Below, piece by piece: positions 7,236-15,868 of a DNA stretch of 15,990 nt. Position numbers and translations under genes: made by a program. The notes beneath the pieces are model-generated. The model saw only the letters and a program-made list of their open reading frames with translations. It was not told the origin of the DNA and made no database searches. Location of the stretch: NCBI GenBank assembly GCA_047611865.1, contig JBLFWS010000066.1, forward strand, positions 1 to 15,990. The letters are read 5' to 3'. The stretch comes from Chlamydiales bacterium (lineage in GTDB: Bacteria > Chlamydiota > Chlamydiia > Chlamydiales > JBDQID01). The first letter of the stretch is position 1; every line of letters begins with the position of its first letter.

Positions 7236-7526
7236 TTAGGTTGCGGATTCACTGTCTTCGATTTGATCGATGATCTCATCAAAGAGTTCTTCTATACTGC
7301 GATCTTTGTTTGTTGTTTGAGCATGTCTAGTCTCTTCAGAATCCTCATCATCTTCTAAAGTGCTGAGACCGTTATCTCTTGTTTTTTCACGAAGATTCTC
7401 AATGTTTTCTGCACGCAACTTCTCCTTTACGCTGCTGAATTCTTCGTCCGCATGTTCTACTGATTGGATAGGTGAGGAAAAAGCGAAACAAATACAAGCA
7501 AGTAAGACGGAACGATTTTTTAACAT
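7236..7526 (-). CDS. Small acidic secreted/periplasmic hypothetical protein, 96 aa
   Basis: GGAG 7 nt before ATG 7526 (preferred over 7541). Signal-peptide-like N-terminus MLKNRSVLLACICFAFSSPIQS followed by a D/E-rich body. Confidence 0.7.
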   Translation of the reverse strand: MLKNRSVLLACICFAFSSPIQSVEHADEEFSSVKEKLRAENIENLREKTRDNGLSTLEDDEDSEETRHAQTTNKDRSIEELFDEIIDQIEDSESAT

Positions 7527-7641
7527 AATATTTCTCCACATATTGTAATATCTAAATTAGGGGAATTATAAACAGATTAGGATCTATTTTTCTATAAGAA
7601 AGCTTGCCTTGCAACACTCAAGCTCCGAAGAAATCTTTAGC

Positions 7642-7669
7642 TTGCAAAATACAAAAATCCCTCTAAACT
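7642..7669 (+). promoter_or_regulatory. Possible internal promoter for mraY-murC/ddl
   Basis: TTGCAA (7642-7647)-N16 A-rich spacer-TAAACT (7664-7669), ~50 nt upstream of mraY. Confidence 0.45.
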
Positions 7670-7720
7670 TAGCAGTTTCTACGACTCCACATTTTAACTT
7701 CATAAGTACTGGCCCAAGAA

Positions 7721-8953
7721 ATGATTTTTTTTCTGATGAACTTCTTACGAAATTTTCTAGATCTGAAAATTCCTCTTGTCTTTGAGTATACTTCTACTCG
7801 CATGGCTTTGGCAGCCATAACAACACTCGGGCTTACCATATTTTTAGGCCCATGGTTTGTGCGTAAACTATACGAACTCAAAATCGGACAGACGATACGG
7901 ACTGATGAATGTCCTCTTCTTGGAGAGCTGCATGAGAAAAAGCAGGATACTCCTACCATGGGAGGGATTCTTATGCTTTCTTCTATGTTGATTTCGATGT
8001 TCCTGTGGATGGACCTCACACACTCGTTTACCCTTTTGCTCTTTGTGACGACTGTGTGCTTGGGTTCTCTAGGAGGATACGATGATTATCTTAAGTTGAA
8101 ATATAAAAGTACAGATGGCCTCGCAGGAAGAAAGAAACTACTCTTCCAATTTCTTCTCGTAGCAGGAATCTCCTTGTATCTCCTATGTCCAGCAATAACT
8201 TCTTCCATACATTTCGGAGACTGGTATGCACCTCCGGCAGCAAAAGAGTTCATTTATCAAGCTGACGGTGTGGGGGATGGGGGCTCAAGTTCACAACAGC
8301 GCTCTCTCAGCACAATTGAATATATCAGTAGGCTTTACGTCCCTTTCTTTAAAGGCTCCGTATACTCGTTCACAGGTTTTGGCATCTCTCTATTGTTTGT
8401 CTTATTCTTTTTCGTAATCACAGGTACCTCAAATGCTGTGAACTTAACGGATGGTTTAGATGGCTTGGCATCGGGATGTTTGATAATGGTGGCGAGTTCT
8501 TTTGCTATGATCGCCTTTGTTTCCAACAATATCGTTTTTGCGCGCTACCTTCATATTCTTTATATAGAAGGAAGTGGAGAGATCGCCATATACCTTTGTG
8601 GATTAGTGGGCGCATGTCTGGGATTCTTATGGTATAACGGACATCCTGCACAGGTTTTTATGGGAGATACAGGCTCCTTGACGTTGGGAGGAATCATCGG
8701 TGTCGCAGCTCTGTTACTTAAAAGAGAGCTTCTACTTTCGATTGTGGGGGGGGTTTTCGTAGCGGAAGCCATGTCGGTAATTCTGCAAGTAGCCAGCTAT
8801 AAACTGAGAAATAAAAAACGTATTTTCCTCTGCGCTCCACTGCACCATCACTTTGAATACAAGGGATGGCCTGAAACGAAAGTCGTTATCCGATTTTGGA
8901 TTATAGGATTGCTACTAGCCATCGTAGGTGTTGCCTCACTGAAGTTCCAGTAA
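7721..8953 (+). CDS. mraY: Phospho-N-acetylmuramoyl-pentapeptide transferase
   Basis: Motifs K…TPTMGG, GGYDDYLK, NAVNLTDGLDGLA, PAQVFMGDTGSL and APLHHHFE, with multiple TM segments. Confidence 0.98.
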   Translation: MIFFLMNFLRNFLDLKIPLVFEYTSTRMALAAITTLGLTIFLGPWFVRKLYELKIGQTIRTDECPLLGELHEKKQDTPTMGGILMLSSMLISMFLWMDLTHSFTLLLFVTTVCLGSLGGYDDYLKLKYKSTDGLAGRKKLLFQFLLVAGISLYLLCPAITSSIHFGDWYAPPAAKEFIYQADGVGDGGSSSQQRSLSTIEYISRLYVPFFKGSVYSFTGFGISLLFVLFFFVITGTSNAVNLTDGLDGLASGCLIMVASSFAMIAFVSNNIVFARYLHILYIEGSGEIAIYLCGLVGACLGFLWYNGHPAQVFMGDTGSLTLGGIIGVAALLLKRELLLSIVGGVFVAEAMSVILQVASYKLRNKKRIFLCAPLHHHFEYKGWPETKVVIRFWIIGLLLAIVGVASLKFQ

Positions 8954-8969
8954 GAAAGGATTGTTACTC

Positions 8970-10253
8970 ATGTCTTATGAAAATGTTCTAGTCGTCGGAC
9001 TGGGGATAAGTGGCAAATCCGCAGCAGCCTTACTTCTTAAAAATGGGAAAAATGTTGTCGGAATAGACGATAATATACAGGCAATACGCTCTTCTAAAGA
9101 AATAAAAGAGCTTGAAAAACAAGGCCTTATAACTAGAGCTCCGCAAAACCTCAAGCAACTGCCGAACATTGACCTAGTCGTTGTATCCCCCGGTGTTTCA
9201 CAAGATCACCCGTTACTTAAGGCCGCTAAAAAGGCTTCTATAGAAATCATCGGGGAAATAGAACTGGCTTGTCGATTCGTAAAGCAGAAAATCTTTGGTA
9301 TCACAGGAACTAATGGCAAAACTACTGTAACGATGATGGTGTCTCACGTTCTTAACGCATGCGGAATTCCGGCATGTATTGCAGGAAATATAGGTGAGCC
9401 TCTCTCCGCACAAATACTTAAGCACCCAGATAAAATACTCGTTACAGAATTGAGTTCATACCAACTAGATACTCTAAGTACACGAGCTCTAGATGCAGCA
9501 GTATTATTAAATATTTCTCCGGATCATCTTGATCGCTACAATTCATACGAAGATTATGTTCATTCGAAATTTCATATACAGCAATGCATAAAGGAAAAGG
9601 GGAGCTTCTACATTAACAAAGATTCAGCTTCTGAATGGAGAAAGTTTCTACTTGGCCCGTTTCTTGCTTTTAACGGAGAAGGTAAGGAAAACATTGAATA
9701 CATTTTACCGGTAAGGTATAGAAGAAGCGGGGGATATGAGTGGGAAAACCGCTCGGCTGCCTTTTCCTTATGTTACGAAGCAGGCGTTTCTCCACAGCAG
9801 TTTGAAAAAGAATTAGAGAATTTTAAAAAAGCTCCCCATCGGTTAGAATTTGTTCGAGAAATAAATGGGGTGGCTTTTATTAACGATAGTAAAGCTACAA
9901 ATGCTGAAGCTGTCGTTCGCGCTGTGGAGTCCATGCAAGGAAAAGTTATCTTAATTGCCGGGGGACAAGATAAAGGTCTCTCCTATAAGAGTTGGCCAGA
10001 GGTTTTCCAAGGAAAAGTGCGATGCGTATGTGCTATCGGGGAGACAGCCTCAAAGATAGCACAAGAACTGGACAAAGTTAGCGAAGTAAAAATCTTCGAA
10101 AGCCTTAATAAAGCTATTAACTTTGCCTCTAGTATCTCAAAAGCAGGAGAAACCGTTCTGCTATCCCCAGGGTGCTCGAGCTTTGATATGTTCAAAGATT
10201 ATGAGCAAAGAGGAGAGAAGTTTAAGCAAGCTGTTCATCAGCTGCAGAGGTGA
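8970..10253 (+). CDS. murD: UDP-N-acetylmuramoyl-L-alanine--D-glutamate ligase
   Basis: Motifs GLGISG, SPGV, ITGTNGKTT, ELSSYQL, NISPDHLDRY, NDSKATN and LLSPGCSSFDMF. ATG 8970 preferred over TTG 8961 because SD AAGGA is at 8956-8960. Confidence 0.97.
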   Translation: MSYENVLVVGLGISGKSAAALLLKNGKNVVGIDDNIQAIRSSKEIKELEKQGLITRAPQNLKQLPNIDLVVVSPGVSQDHPLLKAAKKASIEIIGEIELACRFVKQKIFGITGTNGKTTVTMMVSHVLNACGIPACIAGNIGEPLSAQILKHPDKILVTELSSYQLDTLSTRALDAAVLLNISPDHLDRYNSYEDYVHSKFHIQQCIKEKGSFYINKDSASEWRKFLLGPFLAFNGEGKENIEYILPVRYRRSGGYEWENRSAAFSLCYEAGVSPQQFEKELENFKKAPHRLEFVREINGVAFINDSKATNAEAVVRAVESMQGKVILIAGGQDKGLSYKSWPEVFQGKVRCVCAIGETASKIAQELDKVSEVKIFESLNKAINFASSISKAGETVLLSPGCSSFDMFKDYEQRGEKFKQAVHQLQR

Positions 10254-10265
10254 AGGAGAAATAAC

Positions 10266-10973
10266 ATGAGCCGTCGAGACACAATTCTCGTTGCAATACT
10301 GATCAACGCAGGCCTCTTGCTGATTTTATTTATTACAGCAATGACTTCTGAACATCCGCAAGCTGTAAATACTACAGATCCACAAGATCTTGTCCAAATA
10401 CCTCAATCTCAAACACAAAGAAATGACAAAAGAGATTCCATGGCACGTGATGAGGTAGACCAGGTAATCCGCCACGCTGAAAAACCGACACCGACCCAAC
10501 TGGCAGCTGCTACAATCGTACTCAAAGAAAAAAAAGAAGAGATAACCCCTCCAAAAACAGCTTCAGAATCCTCACCTGTACTTTTCAAAGACAAGGAAGA
10601 TGGTGATCAGGAATATGTGGAAATCACAGTTAAGCGTGGAGACTTCCTCGAAAGAATAGCCAGAGCGAATGCGACCTCTATCGAAACAATTATGAAATTA
10701 AACCACCTACCCAACACACAACTCCAGGTTGGTCAGGTTCTGATAGTACCCATTCCATCAGCCAAAGAGCTGAAAGAAAAACGTGTTGCAGCCAAAGAAA
10801 ATACTAACGACAGTTCTGATGAAGAAAGCTACTATACGGTGAAAAGAGGCGATAACCCATGGTTGATCGCGATGAAGCACCGCCTTAAGCTGGAAGATCT
10901 TTTGCGTATTAATGATCTTGACGATGCAAAAGCAAGAAAATTGAAGCCCGGCGACAAAATCAGAATTCGCTAG
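10266..10973 (+). CDS. Membrane-anchored tandem LysM-domain protein (chlamydial NlpD-like)
   Basis: N-terminal TM (MSRRDTILVAILINAGLLLILF) and two LysM repeats (ITVKRGDFLERIA…LQVGQVLIVP; YTVKRGDNPWLIA…LKPGDKIRIR). Position between murD and ftsW is as in Chlamydia. Confidence 0.92.
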   Translation: MSRRDTILVAILINAGLLLILFITAMTSEHPQAVNTTDPQDLVQIPQSQTQRNDKRDSMARDEVDQVIRHAEKPTPTQLAAATIVLKEKKEEITPPKTASESSPVLFKDKEDGDQEYVEITVKRGDFLERIARANATSIETIMKLNHLPNTQLQVGQVLIVPIPSAKELKEKRVAAKENTNDSSDEESYYTVKRGDNPWLIAMKHRLKLEDLLRINDLDDAKARKLKPGDKIRIR

Positions 10974-11044
10974 TACTCTGTTAAGTTTAAGATTGGCAGT
11001 GTACTAGTACTCCATTTCAAATCGTTCTTCGGGTAGAACAACCT

Positions 11045-12178
11045 ATGCAACGCTACCTTTTACTCATATGCGTCACTTTGATATTCGGGCTTGGCCTGGT
11101 GATGGTCTTTGATACATCCTCCGCTGATATTCTAGATCGTTCACTGAGCAAAAGCACTCATCATTCTGTGATCAGGCAGGTACTCTATGGTCTCATCGGC
11201 TGTTTTTCTGGTGGTGTAGCTTCTTTTATCGGATACCGTAATCTCCTCAAGCTTAGCTTACCCATTCTCTGCATTCTTTGTTTTTTACTTCTTCTGGTCT
11301 TTATTCCAGGAATTGGAAAAACAATCAATGGCGCCAGAAGATGGGTCGGGATAGCGTCCTACACAATGCAGCCTTCAGAGTTTGTGAAATTTGCTGTTCC
11401 TTTGTTCTACATCCATTACTTTATGAAAATCAAGGAAGGTGAGCTTGATCTGGAATCCTTCATAAAACTGGTTGGACCGCTACTCGTTCCGTTGGTGCTG
11501 ATATTTCTTGAGCCAGATACCGGAACTTCTGTCATCATCCTATTAACTATTTTTATGTTGGTAGTACTCACTGGGGTGAATAGAAAATTTTGGGTGTTGC
11601 CCATGGTTGTTGCTGTAGTAGTAGGAGGCAGCCTTGCCTACAATATGCCATATATTAGAGCCCGTGTTGCGGTTTTTCTTAATCCAGAATTAGATCGTTT
11701 GGGCAAAGGACACCAACCCTATCAGGCTAAAATTGCAGCAGGGTCCGGAGGCTTAACTGGAAAAGGTATTGGCAAAAGTCTTCAGAAACTCAATTACTTA
11801 CCTGAAGCTCAAAATGACTATATTGGAGCCATCTTTGCGGAAGAATTTGGGTTTTTAGGAGTTTTATTTCTTATTTTCCTGTACATGATTCTTGCCTACC
11901 TGGGATTTCATATTGCTTTTTCGGCAGTGGATAAAGAGGGGTTTTATTTAGCTGGGTCAATCACCTATCTTATTTGTATTCAAGCATTTCTGAATTTAGG
12001 TGTGGTTTCGGGATTACTGCCTAGCACGGGACTGAACCTTCCATTATTTAGTCAGGGAGGAACATCTCTTATGGCAAACATTATTGGAATTTCCATACTC
12101 TTGAATATCGCTGTTGTTTCAGAAAAATCCAAAAATCGTGTATACCGTAGAGCTATTAACAAAGGTATTCTGTCATGA
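11045..12178 (+). CDS. ftsW: SEDS family peptidoglycan glycosyltransferase FtsW
   Basis: Motifs NGARRW, QPSEFVK, EPDTGT, GSGGLTGKG, YLPEAQNDYI…EEFG and LPLFSQGGTS. Lies upstream of murG. Confidence 0.95.
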   Translation: MQRYLLLICVTLIFGLGLVMVFDTSSADILDRSLSKSTHHSVIRQVLYGLIGCFSGGVASFIGYRNLLKLSLPILCILCFLLLLVFIPGIGKTINGARRWVGIASYTMQPSEFVKFAVPLFYIHYFMKIKEGELDLESFIKLVGPLLVPLVLIFLEPDTGTSVIILLTIFMLVVLTGVNRKFWVLPMVVAVVVGGSLAYNMPYIRARVAVFLNPELDRLGKGHQPYQAKIAAGSGGLTGKGIGKSLQKLNYLPEAQNDYIGAIFAEEFGFLGVLFLIFLYMILAYLGFHIAFSAVDKEGFYLAGSITYLICIQAFLNLGVVSGLLPSTGLNLPLFSQGGTSLMANIIGISILLNIAVVSEKSKNRVYRRAINKGILS

Positions 12179-13293
12179 CAAAAAATATCCTCATTAGTGT
12201 TGGTGGTACCGGAGGACATGTGTTTCCGGCACAAGCTTTGGCGCGCCAGCTATATAAAACAGATCCGAATATCAATATCCTCTTCGTTGGCAGTGGGTTG
12301 GCATCCAATACATTTTTTTCTAAAAGTGAATTCAACTACCACGAGGTAACTTCAGGAACTCTTTCAAAAAAGAAGATTCTGGAGTCTATTAAAAATGGAG
12401 GATCTATTGCAAAAGGGATTTATCATAGCTGGAGAATCATGGGAAGCTATAAACCAGATGTAGTAGTTGGCTTCGGAAGTTATCATTCCTTTCCTGCTCT
12501 CGCAGCAGCAAAGATGAGGGGAGTACCTATAGTTCTACACGAAGGAAATAGTGTCCCTGGAAAGGTGAACAGTTTCTTCTCCAAATACGCAAGGGTAACC
12601 ACGGTAAATTTTCCTCAGACAGCGTATCACCTCAAAGGTAAAAGCTTACAAGTGAGCTTTCCCCTGAGAGAAGGGTATTCTACGAGCTTCGCTTCTACGG
12701 AAGACGCCCGAAAAAGTTTCGTCCTTCATCCTAATAAATTCACTTTTTTAGTTTTCGGAGGATCGCAAGGGGCCCTATCTCTTAACACACACTTTTGTTC
12801 CGCAGTAATGGACCTTGTAGATAGGACTAGCAATTTTCAGATAATCCACTTAACAGGTAATACTGAAGTGACAGAAGAGCTTCAAGATTTCTACCGACAA
12901 CTACCCATTGACGCATGTGTGAAGAATTTTGAAACTCGTATGGATTTGGCATGGCAGGCAGCAGACTTGGTAATAGCCAGAGCGGGAGCCTCCACCATAG
13001 CCGAACAAATTGAAATGGAAACACCTGGAATACTCGTTCCTTACCCCTTTTCCACAGATAAACATCAGGATAAAAATGCAGACCATATGGCAAATGAAAT
13101 CAAAGGGGCCATCAAACTAACGGAGTCAGAGTTGATGCCTACCAAGATGTCACAGGCTATTTCGAGTCTTGTAGATAATGACCATGCAAAACTGAAAGCT
13201 ATGCGGCATGCTTTGCGAGAATACAAAAATCAAAGCCGCGTCAGAGATTTAGGTTCCGTTGTATGTGAAATGGCTGGGTTAAAATTACGATGA
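12175..13293 (+). CDS. murG: Undecaprenyl-PP-MurNAc-pentapeptide beta-N-acetylglucosaminyltransferase
   Basis: Motifs GGTGGHVFPA, HEGNSVPGKVN, GGSQGA, RAGAST and HQDKNA. ATGA overlap with ftsW. Confidence 0.97.
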   Translation: MTKNILISVGGTGGHVFPAQALARQLYKTDPNINILFVGSGLASNTFFSKSEFNYHEVTSGTLSKKKILESIKNGGSIAKGIYHSWRIMGSYKPDVVVGFGSYHSFPALAAAKMRGVPIVLHEGNSVPGKVNSFFSKYARVTTVNFPQTAYHLKGKSLQVSFPLREGYSTSFASTEDARKSFVLHPNKFTFLVFGGSQGALSLNTHFCSAVMDLVDRTSNFQIIHLTGNTEVTEELQDFYRQLPIDACVKNFETRMDLAWQAADLVIARAGASTIAEQIEMETPGILVPYPFSTDKHQDKNADHMANEIKGAIKLTESELMPTKMSQAISSLVDNDHAKLKAMRHALREYKNQSRVRDLGSVVCEMAGLKLR

Positions 13294-15668
13294 CACAAGG
13301 ACCCTATCACTTTATCGGCATCGGTGGGATTGGAATGAGTGCTCTAGCACGTATTCTGATACAGAGAAATATTAAAGTCAGCGGCAGTGACATAACACGT
13401 AATAAAAATGTGATGGCACTAGAACAGCTAGGAGCACAGCTTAAACTTGGACATGATTCTTCTAATATAAAAAAAGGGATGACAGTCGTTTATAGCTCTG
13501 CAGTCAAGCAAGGAAATCCAGAGCTTCAGGCAGCGAAAACACAACAATGTACTCTGATACATCGCTCCGACCTTTTGAAAGATCTGATGAGTGGCTACCA
13601 CAGCTTGAATGTGACAGGAACGCATGGTAAGACGACGACCTCTTCGCTATTAGCAGCTGTAATGGTACACGCAGGATTTGACCCCTCCTACGCCATAGGA
13701 GGAATGCTTGCTGATTTTGAAAGCAATGGAACAAGCGGAGCGGGAAAGTACTTTGTCGCAGAAGCTGACGAGAGTGACGGGAGCTTCACCAAATATCCAT
13801 CGCACGGGGCAATCGTTACAAACCTGGAAAAGGAACACATGGATCACTATGGGAGTGAAAAAGCTCTCGAGAGTGCCTTCCAGGGTTTTATAACAGAGGT
13901 TTCCTCAAAGGAACTCCTCTTTACTTGTGGTGATGATCCGGGACTCCGAAAGATCTATCAGGGACAAGCTGTATGGTATGGTTTTGGAGAGAATTGTAAC
14001 CTGCGTACCACAAGCTATCATCATAAAGGTTGGGGAACGGTTTTTAATCTAGACTTTGAAGGTAATAAGTATTCCGATATAGAACTGTCACTTTCCGGAA
14101 AACACAACGTCCTTAACGCAACAGCGGTTTTCGGACTGGCATTGCGTCTAGGTATACCAGAAAATTCTATACGTAAAACATTCCGGGAATTTAAAGGTAT
14201 AGGGCGACGATGCCAGCTTCTAGGGGAATATCGTCAAGTTCGTATTCTTGATGACTACGCGCACCATCCTACAGAGATCTCAACGACACTCGAAGCTATA
14301 AAATCAGGAAGTGGAGAGCGTCGTGTAGTAGGTGTTTTTCAGCCCCATCGCTATTCCAGAACAAAAGACTGCATGGAGAGCTTTGCCTCAGTCTTCGATG
14401 CTGCCGACAAACTCTTGATAACAGATATATATGCGGCAGGAGAAGATCCTATTGAGGGGGTATCAGCAGAGGCAATACTTCAAGAAATTCAAAAAGCTTC
14501 AAAACTTCCTTGCCACTATGTTCCAAGAGATCAACTTAAAGACAAGCTTGTAGATTTACTCCGTCCACATGATATCGTAGTGACAATGGGTGCTGGCGAT
14601 ATAACAAATGTAGCCTCAGAGCTTGTCAATCACTTCAAAATATCTCCCCCAAAACAACTCACTGTAGCTATCCTAAAAGGTGGGCGCTCTAGCGAGCACG
14701 AGATATCTCTGGAGTCAGCAAAAAATGTATCACAATCACTAAACACAGATTTGTACGACCTAAAGGAAATCACGATATCAAAAGATGGCTACTGGAAAAA
14801 GTCTACTACAGCTTCAGAAAAACTTGTTTCACCAGGAGTTCTGGAAGATCTATACAGCTGCGATATCGTAATACCTGTACTACATGGTCCCTTTGGAGAA
14901 GATGGTATTGTACAAGGCTTCCTGGATACTCTGGGGATAGCTTATGTCGGATGCGACCATCGCTCTGCAGCACTATGCATGGATAAGGTAGTATGCAAGC
15001 GTATGGTGGAGGCCGTAGGTATACCTATCGTCCCATACACAACCTTTTCTCAGACAGAATGGCGCCATAGTCCACAAGAGATCCTGGAGCGAATCTCTAA
15101 GCAATTAAAATTCCCTCTTTTTGTAAAACCCTCCCACCTGGGATCAAGTATCGGGGTAAGCAAAGTAGAAGAAGAGAAAGACCTCAACACAGCAATAGAA
15201 CAAGCCTTTTCAGGGGATACCCATGTTCTAGTCGAAGAGGGAGTAGTAGGCAGAGAGCTGGAATTCGCAGTCTTAGGAAATGACAATGTAGAAGTCGCGG
15301 GACCAGGGGAGGTTTGTACCAACGGTAAAGTATACTCCTTCGAAAGCAAGTACGGCTCAAGCTCCATGAGCACCAATATACAGCCAGAGCTACCAGATGG
15401 CGTAGCAGAAAAAGGAAGAGCTCTAGCAAAAAAGGCCTACACAGCAGCACTCTGCACAGGCCTCGCACGTGTGGACTTTTTCTACGACGAAAAAGGGGAA
15501 TACTGGCTAAACGAAATAAACCCCCTACCAGGGTTCACCTCCATCAGCCTATATCCCAGCATCTGGAAAGCCAATGGCCTCGACAGCTCCGCCCTAATGG
15601 ACAAACTGCTAATCCTCGGTCTCGAAAGGTCTCGCTCACAAGAAAGGTCTCTCAACGTAACATCTTAG
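13290..15668 (+). CDS. murC/ddl: Bifunctional UDP-N-acetylmuramate--L-alanine ligase / D-alanine--D-alanine ligase
   Basis: MurC motifs HFIGIGGIGMSALA, GTHGKTTT, EADESDGSF, DDYAHHPTEI, FQPHRYSRT and MGAGDI. Ddl motifs GGRSSEHEIS, HGPFGEDG, MDK, GSSIGV, RVDFF and NEINPLPGFT. The fusion is characteristic of Chlamydiae. Confidence 0.97.
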   Translation: MTQGPYHFIGIGGIGMSALARILIQRNIKVSGSDITRNKNVMALEQLGAQLKLGHDSSNIKKGMTVVYSSAVKQGNPELQAAKTQQCTLIHRSDLLKDLMSGYHSLNVTGTHGKTTTSSLLAAVMVHAGFDPSYAIGGMLADFESNGTSGAGKYFVAEADESDGSFTKYPSHGAIVTNLEKEHMDHYGSEKALESAFQGFITEVSSKELLFTCGDDPGLRKIYQGQAVWYGFGENCNLRTTSYHHKGWGTVFNLDFEGNKYSDIELSLSGKHNVLNATAVFGLALRLGIPENSIRKTFREFKGIGRRCQLLGEYRQVRILDDYAHHPTEISTTLEAIKSGSGERRVVGVFQPHRYSRTKDCMESFASVFDAADKLLITDIYAAGEDPIEGVSAEAILQEIQKASKLPCHYVPRDQLKDKLVDLLRPHDIVVTMGAGDITNVASELVNHFKISPPKQLTVAILKGGRSSEHEISLESAKNVSQSLNTDLYDLKEITISKDGYWKKSTTASEKLVSPGVLEDLYSCDIVIPVLHGPFGEDGIVQGFLDTLGIAYVGCDHRSAALCMDKVVCKRMVEAVGIPIVPYTTFSQTEWRHSPQEILERISKQLKFPLFVKPSHLGSSIGVSKVEEEKDLNTAIEQAFSGDTHVLVEEGVVGRELEFAVLGNDNVEVAGPGEVCTNGKVYSFESKYGSSSMSTNIQPELPDGVAEKGRALAKKAYTAALCTGLARVDFFYDEKGEYWLNEINPLPGFTSISLYPSIWKANGLDSSALMDKLLILGLERSRSQERSLNVTS

Positions 15669-15671
15669 GAT

Positions 15672-15855
15672 ATGGGGTTTCATCCCAAACCCGATCAATG
15701 GGACCAGCCCCCTTGCATCCCCATGTAGCTGCCTTACGATATAGGCGTCGTTTTCATAAGGTAATGGGGTTTCACCCCAAACCCCAGCAAGGGAACTAGT
15801 CTCCTTGCATCCCCATGTATTTGCCTTACAATATAGGCGTAGCCTTCATAAGGGA
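15672..15855. repeat. Two tandem 92-bp palindromic REP-like units (15672-15763, 15764-15855)
   Basis: Ungapped alignment, 77/92 identical by manual count. Unit 2 contains GGGGT-TTC-ACCCC, GCAAGG…CCTTGC and GCCT…AGGC hairpins plus ATGGGG…CCCCAT complementarity; unit 1 has weaker versions of the same stems. Confidence 0.9.
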
Positions 15856-15868
15856 CGAAGTCCCGACA

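Noticed and set aside
10971..11013. Short palindromes AGTACT / GTACTAGTAC between the LysM gene and ftsW
   Set aside because: Too short to distinguish from chance, and no terminator structure.
15330..15356. Possible D-Ala-D-Lac (glycopeptide-resistance type) ligase
   Set aside because: The omega-loop reads YSFESKY, keeping the Tyr after Lys typical of D-Ala-D-Ala ligases.
7669..15468. Numerous short overlapping or antisense ORFs within the mur genes
   Set aside because: Shadows of well-conserved genes with no independent motifs.
13290..15668. murC-ddl fusion, and absence of murE/ftsQ/ftsA/ftsZ, as a novelty
   Set aside because: Well-established features of the chlamydial cluster.
15672..15855. 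CRISPR array interpretation of the tandem repeat
   Set aside because: Units are similar along their full 92 bp with no unique spacers, and there are no cas genes.
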